From Bacteroidales bacterium (GTDB taxonomy: Bacteria; Bacteroidota; Bacteroidia; Bacteroidales; CAIWKO01): a stretch of 32,903 nt of DNA. Both the position numbers and the translations under genes were made by a program. Shown here in pieces: positions 19,604 to 27,776 of this stretch (the stretch's first letter is position 1; each line of letters starts with the position of its first letter). Under the pieces are notes generated by a model. It made no database searches. It was not told the origin of the DNA and saw only the letters and a list, made by a program, of their open reading frames with translations. The DNA is taken from contig DAOORA010000053.1 in assembly GCA_035389045.1 (NCBI GenBank), forward strand, positions 1 through 32,903, written 5' to 3'.

Positions 19604-21355
19604 TAAATTATCATAAAAAGGTAAAATAAAGGAAAATATATTTATCTTTGTGGAGGTTAAAATACTGTTTTTATTGATTTTATAAGTATTATGTTTTACT
19701 TTATTAATAGGTTGTAATAATGTCCCCGCTACTGACACGGACTTTTCGGTTTTTTTACTGGAAAGTCCGTTTTCTTTTATCCCAAAATCATTTGAAATAC
19801 AGCGAATTAACTTAAAAAAACTGTTGTAATCCTTGGTTAGATATTTCCTTTTTTCCGTGTCCAAGACCAAACCATCAGGAAAAATCAATTTTTGCAACCG
19901 CTTTTTTGCATCGAGTGGCACGCCAACCCATATTTTACTGATGTTTTGAAATAAAGAAACGACATTTTTTATTTTATTTTTTTGGTTAGATATTTTTTTT
20001 GAGGATGTTCCAATTTTCTCCTGAGTTGCCAAAATTTCATCCGAAACCTTTTTGGAAAATTTATCATAAAGCTCTTTTGACAATTTCCCATATGCAAATC
20101 TTTCTTCCATATCTTCCTTCGTCTTGTATTGTTCATTCAGCTTTGCCTTGAGCAAAACTTCCTCTTCCCTTTTTTCATTGTATTTTGCATCAAACATCTT
20201 GTTTAGCTGATCTCTGAATAGCGGCCCATTTTTTTCAGGTATCGAAAATCCATTTAATAAATCAACAAACAGTTCGTTTGCTCCCTTCCCTTTGGCTCTT
20301 ACTGTTTGGCTTGCATTCATACAGACGCCCTTACATCTTGGGCAACAATAATAATGTACCTTTTTCTTCTTGACTTCATAGCCCGAAAGCTTTTTACCGC
20401 AATGCGGGCACAACAAAGTCCCCATCAAAGGCCTATGTTCATTCCCTTTATCAATGACGTATCCGTTGTGGTTTAAATCCAGCATTTTCTGAACTTTCAG
20501 GAATTCATCTTCTGTCACCATTTGCGCCCAATTGCCTTTTACTGGTTCCGGCAGCATCCTGTTTACACTAATTCCACAATAAAAAGGATTCCGCCACATG
20601 GCAGATAATGATTGCTTGTTTATTTTCAGCCCCCAGCAATCAAGTTTTTGCCTGATTGAAGTATCGGTATAACCTTGCAGTTTTAAATTCCAAGCTTTTT
20701 TCAGCAGCAAACCCTCCTCATTAATGATAATTTCCTGCCTGCCTTTTATCAAGTTAACATCCTTGACCCTTGTACCATAATGGCTATAACCTCTCGGTGA
20801 ATGACCAAGCCAATTGCCCTGCTTTAGAAATTCTATCATGCCCGGTTTGGTTATATCCAATCTGTCGAGGTTATCTTTACGTGCTGCCAGCAACTTATCA
20901 TAAATCTCTATCTTTCCTCTTTCGGTTTCCGTAGAGGCTCCTGTTGAAGCTTCAATCAGGTGAACCCTGTAATTATTAATCAAGGTTGTAAGCAAGGCTA
21001 TTGCATCGCCACCTGTCCGTGAGAACCTGTTTATCTTATAGACCAATATGGCAAAAGGTTTTACTTTCATGGTCTTTACCTTTTCCAACAACCGCTGAAA
21101 CTCTTTCCGCGACATATCATCAGAGGCGCTCTCATAAGTATAACCAAATTCTTCGAGAATGTTATAATTCTTTTGAGCGGAAAATCTTTTAATAGCATTC
21201 GCCTGATTTGACAGACTGAAGTTATCAAACTGGTCTTTTGAAGACACCCTTGTGTACAATAATACATAGTTATTATTGTTGAAAGCTGTCGTATCGTTTT
21301 TGGGCTTCATGAAGCCCCTGAAACGCTCAATATTACTGGTTTTCATAATATTCAA
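19595..21355 (-). CDS. Large serine recombinase (resolvase + recombinase + Zn-ribbon/coiled coil)
   Basis: YTRVSSKDQ catalytic Ser, ESAS...RKEFQ, INRFSR, GNWLGHSPRGY, NPFYCG, CPHCG...YYCCPRC; C-terminus reads across the att site. Confidence 0.93.
   Translation of the reverse strand: MNIMKTSNIERFRGFMKPKNDTTAFNNNNYVLLYTRVSSKDQFDNFSLSNQANAIKRFSAQKNYNILEEFGYTYESASDDMSRKEFQRLLEKVKTMKVKPFAILVYKINRFSRTGGDAIALLTTLINNYRVHLIEASTGASTETERGKIEIYDKLLAARKDNLDRLDITKPGMIEFLKQGNWLGHSPRGYSHYGTRVKDVNLIKGRQEIIINEEGLLLKKAWNLKLQGYTDTSIRQKLDCWGLKINKQSLSAMWRNPFYCGISVNRMLPEPVKGNWAQMVTEDEFLKVQKMLDLNHNGYVIDKGNEHRPLMGTLLCPHCGKKLSGYEVKKKKVHYYCCPRCKGVCMNASQTVRAKGKGANELFVDLLNGFSIPEKNGPLFRDQLNKMFDAKYNEKREEEVLLKAKLNEQYKTKEDMEERFAYGKLSKELYDKFSKKVSDEILATQEKIGTSSKKISNQKNKIKNVVSLFQNISKIWVGVPLDAKKRLQKLIFPDGLVLDTEKRKYLTKDYNSFFKLIRCISNDFGIKENGLSSKKTEKSVSVAGTLLQPINKVKHNTYKINKNSILTSTKINIFSFILPFYDNLCY
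19737..19778 (+). terminator. Intrinsic terminator just inside the left end of element 2
   Basis: ACGGACTTTTCGGT / ACTGGAAAGTCCGT 14-bp stem (two G-U pairs) followed by TTTCTTTT. Confidence 0.65.
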
Positions 21356-21497
21356 AAATTATGGATGAACATTGATAAATATTATCTGCAAGTATATCCA
21401 ACTCTTCGTCGGTTAAACTTTCAAATTCTTTGTATTTTCTTATTTCTTCTGGTGTAAGTTTTATTTCATTTTCGTGAACATCATTTTTGTTTGACAT
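21333..21497 (-). CDS. Small acidic protein overlapping the recombinase start (candidate directionality factor)
   Basis: MSNKND...KLTPEEIRKYKEFESLTDEELDILADNIY; 3' end overlaps the recombinase start; function inferred from position only. Confidence 0.6.
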   Translation of the reverse strand: MSNKNDVHENEIKLTPEEIRKYKEFESLTDEELDILADNIYQCSSIIFEYYENQ

Positions 21498-21575
21498 TGG
21501 TTTGGTAATGCAACATACCGCCAAATTGTTTTATGGTGGGTACGCCGTATAATATAATATATAAGTAAGAACATC

Positions 21576-22547
21576 CTACTTTTTTATTATTTCTTTTACA
21601 ACAAACTCAACTGAGGTTATTTTACCGTAATGCTGTTTTTCATTCATCTCGCAATAAGGATATTTTAGCTTTACTTTCTTTTTCCATTTGTGATATTCAT
21701 CTGGCTTATATTGCATTTTCATTTTTCCTGAAAGCATGGTCATATCCTTGTCTTTTTTGATCACTATTTCCTGAAAATCTTCTTTTTTCATAAATGCAAG
21801 CAGCTGGTTTTCTTTTTCGGTAAGATACATGCAGCTTGCGGAATACTTCTGTTTTTCTTTATCATTTAAAAACTCATAATACAACTTTGTTATTGAAAAA
21901 TAAACGTGGGTTTCATAGAAAAACATTTTTCGTTTGCTGTCAAACTCTAAAAGCTCATCTAAATAAGGTATTATCTGGTCTTTTTTTATTAGTATTCCGA
22001 ATTCTTGCTTATAGTCCATTGATGACAAAAGAAGTATTTCAAATAAATTGAATTTAATATGCTTATAAAGCTCCTCAAAAACGGTATCGGAGTTTATCAT
22101 AGATAATAATGTTTCCTTTTCTTTATCATTCAGTGTCGAGTTTTTGATCTCTAAAATTGACTTTTTGTAACGCTCGACAAGCAACCTGCTTTCAGTACCT
22201 GCTTTTGCATCATTTAATATTATTTGTAATTCATTCGGGTCAACCTCTGCAAACAATTTCTTTTTTACTGCTACAATAATTTCATAATGGATGCCGAAGT
22301 CTCGCATTTCTTCAACACATTTCAGCCATAAAAACTCTATAAATGACAAAATTTCCCATTTACGTTTTATATTTTTTGTTTCAGGACTCAAAACCAATCC
22401 ACTTGTTTTCCAATGGTTATATACTCTCGCTGAAACACCTGTTTCTTTTAACGGGATTTGTTTTGTGTTGAGGTTAAACAGAAAATCTATTTTTTCTGAG
22501 GTGAAAGGGCTATTATATGCTTTAACCAACATGTTTTCAAATTTCAT
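21576..22547 (-). CDS. MerR-like helix-turn-helix protein
   Basis: LKETGVSARVYNHWKTSGLV...RKW..LSFIEFLWLKCVEEMRDFGI; minus-strand TACATTTG box at 22592-22599. Confidence 0.7.
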   Translation of the reverse strand: MKFENMLVKAYNSPFTSEKIDFLFNLNTKQIPLKETGVSARVYNHWKTSGLVLSPETKNIKRKWEILSFIEFLWLKCVEEMRDFGIHYEIIVAVKKKLFAEVDPNELQIILNDAKAGTESRLLVERYKKSILEIKNSTLNDKEKETLLSMINSDTVFEELYKHIKFNLFEILLLSSMDYKQEFGILIKKDQIIPYLDELLEFDSKRKMFFYETHVYFSITKLYYEFLNDKEKQKYSASCMYLTEKENQLLAFMKKEDFQEIVIKKDKDMTMLSGKMKMQYKPDEYHKWKKKVKLKYPYCEMNEKQHYGKITSVEFVVKEIIKK

Positions 22548-23039
22548 TACCCGGATTTTTAAATTTTTAAGTTAAAAGCGTTTTTATCGCACAAATGTAA
22601 TATAAAATTTATATTTTACAACAAACGAACAAAAATATTTTTTTATTATTAAGAATAATCAGAACCGGAGCTAATACCAATAGCCAAAAATGAAAAATTT
22701 GAAATTTCTGGCGGCCAAAGTTATTATTACCATCAAAAAGGGGTTCATTCCAAGTTTGATCAAGGCGAAAATGGTAACTGATTATAAAAAATGTTCTTTG
22801 TACCAACCAAAATCGTTTCAGACAACCAAAATAAACCTCACATCAACATAAAATAGCTCAAAATAATGGTTCCCTCTTCAAAATCAACTCAAACATACCT
22901 GCAAATCACCTGAAATTTTCTCTGATTACCTGTAATATGGTTTTAGGAAATGAATAATGAGCATTTTTAGGTCGCAAAAGCCCTACTTTGGCCATTTACA
23001 TTTCAATTTCAGGTCTATTGAATTAATCATGAGGGCGAA

Positions 23040-23140
23040 ATGTACAAAAATGATAGGGTTTTGTATAAATATGTACAAAAATTGACAGGGTTTTGTACAA
23101 AAATGTCCATAATCGTCCAATTTTGTACATTTTCGTCCAT
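23040..23140. repeat. Helically phased TGTACA/YGTCCA array in the 0.8-kb intergenic region
   Basis: Hexamers at 23041, 23062, 23072, 23094, 23104, 23114, 23124, 23134; ~31-bp tandem duplication 23040-23102. Confidence 0.7.
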
Positions 23141-23371
23141 ATTTGATAGGTTGTTGATCGTGAGGGTTGCTCAGTTGTTGGTTTTTTGTGGGCTTGAAGC
23201 ATGAATTATGCACCTTTTCATAAAATAAAGACATTTATAAAGGTCAAAAATGGGTTTCGCGGGAAAATACATGACCAATTCAAAAAAAAATCACCAAGCA
23301 TCTTTTACTTTGTTTTTTTTACACATATTTCTTAAAAATGTATCTTTATCATTCCGAAATAAACCTAAAAA

Positions 23372-26300
23372 ATGATTAAGCCCATTATTGTCAGCCCCAG
23401 AAAATCGCTGAACAAAGCTTTCTTGAAGCTTAAACCAACCCGGACAGAGATTGAACTCTTTAAAATTAATCTTTCAACCCTGCTCGACAGAATAAATGAA
23501 AACGAATCAGAAGAATTTCATAAAAACCTTGTTGCCGATTTTCTTAAAGGCACATATTACGGTGCAGATCACTTTATCAATACGAAAGGACGCAATGATC
23601 TTGTTATACATTCTGGGAAAGATGCTAAAACAAATGTCGGTGTTATTATTGAAGCAAAAAGCCCCGCCAACAAAACGGAAATGCTTAAAAAAAACAATAT
23701 CAACCAAAAGGCATTTCACGAACTGATACTTTATTACCTCCGCGAACGGATTACTGCAAAAAACATCGAAGTAAAACATCTGGTCGCTTCCAACATCTTC
23801 GAATGGTATATTTTCGATGCGCGTGATTTTGACAAGCTTTTTGCACAAAACAAGCAACTGGTTAAACAATTTACCGATTTTGAAGAAAAACGACTTGCCA
23901 GCACCGACACTGCATTTTTCTATAAAGAGATCGCCGAAAAATTTGTTTCGTCACTTGATGCTGAAATAAGCTATACTTATTTCGACATCCGTGACTACGA
24001 AATGCCCCTGAAAAACCTTGACAAAAAAGACGACAATATTCTTATTGCGCTTTACAAACTTTTATCTCCACAGCATTTGCTGAAACAGGCATTTCTGAAC
24101 GACAGCAACAGCCTTGATAAAACATTTTACAGCGAACTTTTGCACCTTATCGGGCTGGAGGAAACCAAAGAGGGTAGTAAAAAACTAATCGGTCGCAAAG
24201 CCACCAACAAAAACAGCGGCTCTTTACTGGAAAATGCCATTATTCAACTGGATACGCTTGATAAAATATCAAGGATTTCAAATCCTTCACAATTCGGTAA
24301 TAACACCAACGAACGGCTTTATAATGTATCGCTCGAATTGGTTATTACCTGGGTTAATCGAATTTTGTTCCTGAAATTACTCGAAGCCCAATTGGTAAGC
24401 TATCATAAAGGCGACAAGAATTATGAATTTCTGAATACCGGAAAAATTAAAGACTTTGACGAGCTCAACAGTTTGTTTTTTCGTGTGCTTGCCCGAAAAC
24501 CTGATGAACGCAGCGAGGATGTGGCAAAAGCATTTTCCACGGTTCCCTATCTGAACAGTTCGTTGTTTGAACCCACAGAACTGGAGCATCAGGCCATATT
24601 CATCAGCAGTCTGCGCGACGAATCCAAAATCCCTATACTGTCAAATACTGTTTTGAAAGATGCTACAGGAAAAAAGCGAAGCGGTGAACTGAATACCATA
24701 GAATATATTTTTGAATTTCTAAATGCCTACGATTTTAGCAGCGAAGGTTCGGAAGATATACAGGAAGAAAACAAAACCCTGATAAACGCTTCTGTGTTGG
24801 GCTTGATCTTTGAAAAAATCAATGGTTATAAAGACGGTTCGTTTTTTACCCCCGGATTTATTACCATGTATATGTGCCGTGAAACTATTCGCCGGGCAGT
24901 TTTACAAAAATTCAACCACACCTTCCCCCTCCCTGGAGGGGGTCAGGGGGTGGGTTCCTCCCCCCTCCTCGGAGGGGGTCAGGGGGTGGGTTCCTCCTGG
25001 AAATCCAAAATAACACCCTACCGCTCCGACCTTCCCGAAAAGGCCCGGAAATTACGCAACAACCCAACCGTCAGCGAACAAACTCTCTGGAAAGCGCTCA
25101 AGGGTAAAAACCAATTCGGCTATGATTTTCACAGGCAAAAACCTCTTGACAGCTATATTGCCGACTTTTATTGCCGCGATCTGAAACTTGTCATTGAATT
25201 GGACGGTGCAACACATTTATCAGAAGATGTCATAAACAGAGACAAAACAAAGGAACAAAGCCTCAATGACCTTGGAATAAATGTACTTCGTTTCCCTGAC
25301 GCACTGGTGATCAACGATACATCGCAGGTTTTAAAGCAAATTGAAATTTATATTGACGCATTTCTTAAAAAAAACAGCACACTTTACAGGGATGGCTGCA
25401 CTCCGGATTTATCCTATAAAACAGCGTTGAATCCGTTATCGGGGAAGGGGTTGGTTTTTGGAAGTTTGAGCAATTTAGAAGGTTTAGAGGACACACCCCC
25501 CGACCCCCTCTCAAGAGGGGGAGACACTCCCCCCGGCCCCCTCTCAAGAGGGGGAGAGGAAGAGGGAAGGTACAAGAGCCTGGACGATGTGTATAATGCC
25601 ATTGGTAGAGATTTCACTAAAGAGGAAGCCAACAGCATTATTAACTCTTTGAAAATTTGCGATCCTGCCGTTGGTTCCGGTCATTTTTTAGTTTCAGCCC
25701 TGAATGAAATCATTGCTATAAAAAGCGAGTTAAAAATTCTATGCGACAGCAACGGTAAAACCTTGCGGGATTATTCTATTGAAGTGGTAAATGACGAACT
25801 GGCGATCACTGACGAGGATGGCAAACCCTTTGAATACAATCCGAACAATGCAGAAAGCCGCAGGGTGCAGGAAACCCTTTTCCGAGAGAAACAAACGATC
25901 ATTGAAAACTGCCTTTTCGGTGTAGATATCAATCCTAATTCTGTAAAAATTTGCCGCTTGCGCCTGTGGATCGAGCTGTTGAAAAACGCTTTCTACAAAT
26001 TTCCCCTCCTGGGAGGGGGCCAGGGGGTGGGTTCCTCCCCCCTCCCGGGAGGGGGCAAGGGGTCCTCCCCCCTCTCTGGATGGGGCCAGGGGGTGGGCTC
26101 TCCCGAACTGGAAACCCTGCCCAATATTGATATCAATATCAAATGTGGAAACTCCCTGATAAGCCGTTATGCTTTGGATTCCGACATTAAGGCTGCACTA
26201 AAAAAAAGCAAATGGACTGTGGACAGTTACCGCCTTGCTGTGATGACATACCGCAACGCACAAAGCAAAGACGAAAAGCGGGAAATGGAAAAACTGATTG

Positions 26301-27760
26301 GCCAGATAAAAAATGACTTTGAAAGCGAAGTGGCCATAAACGACAAACGGGTGATCCGACTGCGCAAGCTTAAGGCAGACCTTTTGAATCTCACTACGCA
26401 AACCAGCCTGTTTGAAAAAAGCAAAGCTGAAAAAGCAGATTGGAACAAACAGGTTAAATCACTAACTACTGATATTCAAAAACGCGAAACCGAACTTGAA
26501 GAAATTAAAAACAACAAAATTTACGAAAATGCTTTTGAATGGCGTTTTGAGTTTCCCGAAGTTTTGAATGATGATGGGGATTTTGTGGGGTTTGATGTGG
26601 TGATTGGGAATCCGCCGTATGGTGTTTCTATTAAAGGACAAGAAAGAGATTTTCTTATTAATGATATTGGGAAAGTCCCAGATTATGAAATCTATTATTG
26701 GTTCATCAATAAAGCAAATTTAATTTTAAGAAAAGCAGGACAATTCTCTTTTATAATTCCCAATACTATACTTTTCAACCTATTTGCTGAGAACTACCGG
26801 TTGGCAATGTTTGATAATTGGCATTTTGAAGATGTGTTGGATTGTACAGAAATTCCCATTTTTACTGATGCGACTGTACGGAATGTAATATTATTACTTA
26901 AAAAGGATAAGAATGGTGATAAAATATTATATCGAAACACTAAAGATATTTCAAATTTTTTTGAGATTGTTGGTAGACCTAAGTTAACTATTATGAAGGA
27001 TTTTATCGAAAATAATAATCAGAACTGGGGTTTATTATTCAAATTAGATGAAAAAGTTCTTTTAATTATTTCGAAATTGAAAGCAAATTCGGTAAGTTTA
27101 AATTCAATTTTCACAGAAACAAGCCAAGGATTAATAGCTTATGATAAATATAAAGGTCAGAGTGAAGAAATAATAAAAAATCGAGTTTATCATTCATTTG
27201 AGAAAAAGAATAATGAATATAAGCCATGGCTGTATGGTGAAGATGTTACCAGATATAATATTAGATGGAATGGGAAAGAGTATATTAATTATTGTTTAGG
27301 TATAGCGAATCCACGAGACCCAAAATATTTTGTCGGGAAGCGGATATTAATTCGGGAAATTACTAACCCTCAAATTTACGCATCCATTACAGAAGAAGAA
27401 TTATATAATGATCCTGCAATAATTATCATAAAAGAAAATCCTGCAATTTTTAATTTAGAGTTATTACTTGGGATTTTAAATTCAAAACTGGCAACATTTT
27501 ATCATTTCAATTCTTCACCAAAAGCATCAAAAGGAGCATTCCCAAAAATTCTCGTTTATGATGTTAATAATTTCCCTCTGCCAAAAAACATTGACAGAAT
27601 AATAGAAAATAAAATTACAATTTTGGCAACGGAAATTCTAACGATAAAAAAAGCCACCCCTACCGCTGACACCACCGAATTAGAATCCGAGATAGACCGG
27701 CTTGTATATGAGTTGTATGGGTTGACGGAGGAGGAGATAAAGATTGTGGAGGGAAGATAA
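23372..27760 (+). CDS. Type IIG restriction-modification enzyme (Eco57I-like, N6-adenine MTase with C-terminal TRD) with an in-frame DUF559 insertion
   Basis: N-terminal nuclease ND..IIEAK; PYLNSSLFE; LGLIFEKINGYKDGSFFTP; motif I ICDPAVGSGHFL; FGVDINP; motif IV VIGNPPY; C-terminal LLGILNSKL and EIDRLVYELYGLTEEEIKIVE. Confidence 0.93.
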   Translation: MIKPIIVSPRKSLNKAFLKLKPTRTEIELFKINLSTLLDRINENESEEFHKNLVADFLKGTYYGADHFINTKGRNDLVIHSGKDAKTNVGVIIEAKSPANKTEMLKKNNINQKAFHELILYYLRERITAKNIEVKHLVASNIFEWYIFDARDFDKLFAQNKQLVKQFTDFEEKRLASTDTAFFYKEIAEKFVSSLDAEISYTYFDIRDYEMPLKNLDKKDDNILIALYKLLSPQHLLKQAFLNDSNSLDKTFYSELLHLIGLEETKEGSKKLIGRKATNKNSGSLLENAIIQLDTLDKISRISNPSQFGNNTNERLYNVSLELVITWVNRILFLKLLEAQLVSYHKGDKNYEFLNTGKIKDFDELNSLFFRVLARKPDERSEDVAKAFSTVPYLNSSLFEPTELEHQAIFISSLRDESKIPILSNTVLKDATGKKRSGELNTIEYIFEFLNAYDFSSEGSEDIQEENKTLINASVLGLIFEKINGYKDGSFFTPGFITMYMCRETIRRAVLQKFNHTFPLPGGGQGVGSSPLLGGGQGVGSSWKSKITPYRSDLPEKARKLRNNPTVSEQTLWKALKGKNQFGYDFHRQKPLDSYIADFYCRDLKLVIELDGATHLSEDVINRDKTKEQSLNDLGINVLRFPDALVINDTSQVLKQIEIYIDAFLKKNSTLYRDGCTPDLSYKTALNPLSGKGLVFGSLSNLEGLEDTPPDPLSRGGDTPPGPLSRGGEEEGRYKSLDDVYNAIGRDFTKEEANSIINSLKICDPAVGSGHFLVSALNEIIAIKSELKILCDSNGKTLRDYSIEVVNDELAITDEDGKPFEYNPNNAESRRVQETLFREKQTIIENCLFGVDINPNSVKICRLRLWIELLKNAFYKFPLLGGGQGVGSSPLPGGGKGSSPLSGWGQGVGSPELETLPNIDINIKCGNSLISRYALDSDIKAALKKSKWTVDSYRLAVMTYRNAQSKDEKREMEKLIGQIKNDFESEVAINDKRVIRLRKLKADLLNLTTQTSLFEKSKAEKADWNKQVKSLTTDIQKRETELEEIKNNKIYENAFEWRFEFPEVLNDDGDFVGFDVVIGNPPYGVSIKGQERDFLINDIGKVPDYEIYYWFINKANLILRKAGQFSFIIPNTILFNLFAENYRLAMFDNWHFEDVLDCTEIPIFTDATVRNVILLLKKDKNGDKILYRNTKDISNFFEIVGRPKLTIMKDFIENNNQNWGLLFKLDEKVLLIISKLKANSVSLNSIFTETSQGLIAYDKYKGQSEEIIKNRVYHSFEKKNNEYKPWLYGEDVTRYNIRWNGKEYINYCLGIANPRDPKYFVGKRILIREITNPQIYASITEEELYNDPAIIIIKENPAIFNLELLLGILNSKLATFYHFNSSPKASKGAFPKILVYDVNNFPLPKNIDRIIENKITILATEILTIKKATPTADTTELESEIDRLVYELYGLTEEEIKIVEGR
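24925..24996 (+). repeat. Two 36-bp GC-rich palindromic units, in frame (PLxGGGQGVGSS)
   Basis: CCCCCTCC-NN-GGAGGGGG-TCAGGGGGTGGGTTCCTC x2. Confidence 0.9.
25010..25372 (+). other. DUF559 / Vsr-like endonuclease domain embedded in the RM gene
   Basis: KARKLRNNPTVSEQTLWKALK..QFGYDFHRQKPLDSYIADFYCRDLKLVIELDGATH...RDKTKEQSLNDLGINVLRF; boundaries approximate. Confidence 0.88.
25490..25555 (-). repeat. Two 33-bp palindromic units, inverted relative to 24925-24996 (DTPPxPLSRGG)
   Basis: GACACNCCCCCCG-NCCCCCTCT-CA-AGAGGGGGA x2; reverse complement CCCCCTCTTGAGAGGGGGTCGGGGGGTG matches the left units. Confidence 0.88.
26002..26100 (+). repeat. Three further palindromic units, in frame, with no nuclease
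   Basis: Encodes FPLLGGGQGVGSSPLPGGGKGSSPLSGWGQGVGS between KNAFYK and ELETLPNIDINIKCGNSL. Confidence 0.88.
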
Positions 27761-27776
27761 AATTATATATAATACT

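Noticed and set aside
19539..19650. Plus-strand TAnnTTTG boxes at 19539 and 19643 as antisense promoters against the serine recombinase
   Set aside because: The octamer arises easily in AT-rich DNA, no supporting -33 box was established, and the hairpin at 19737-19778 would stop such transcripts early.
22983..23234. 83-aa minus-strand ORF (and 22609-22806)
   Set aside because: Overlaps the phased repeat array or AT-rich intergenic DNA and has no protein-like features; treated as non-coding.
24920..25570. DUF559 insertion as an intein or intron
   Set aside because: No Cys/Ser-start or His-Asn-end splicing motifs, no LAGLIDADG or reverse transcriptase, and the frame is continuous.
24925..26100. 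GC-rich repeats as a CRISPR array
   Set aside because: Units are adjacent with no unique spacers, lie in frame within a CDS, and no cas genes are present.
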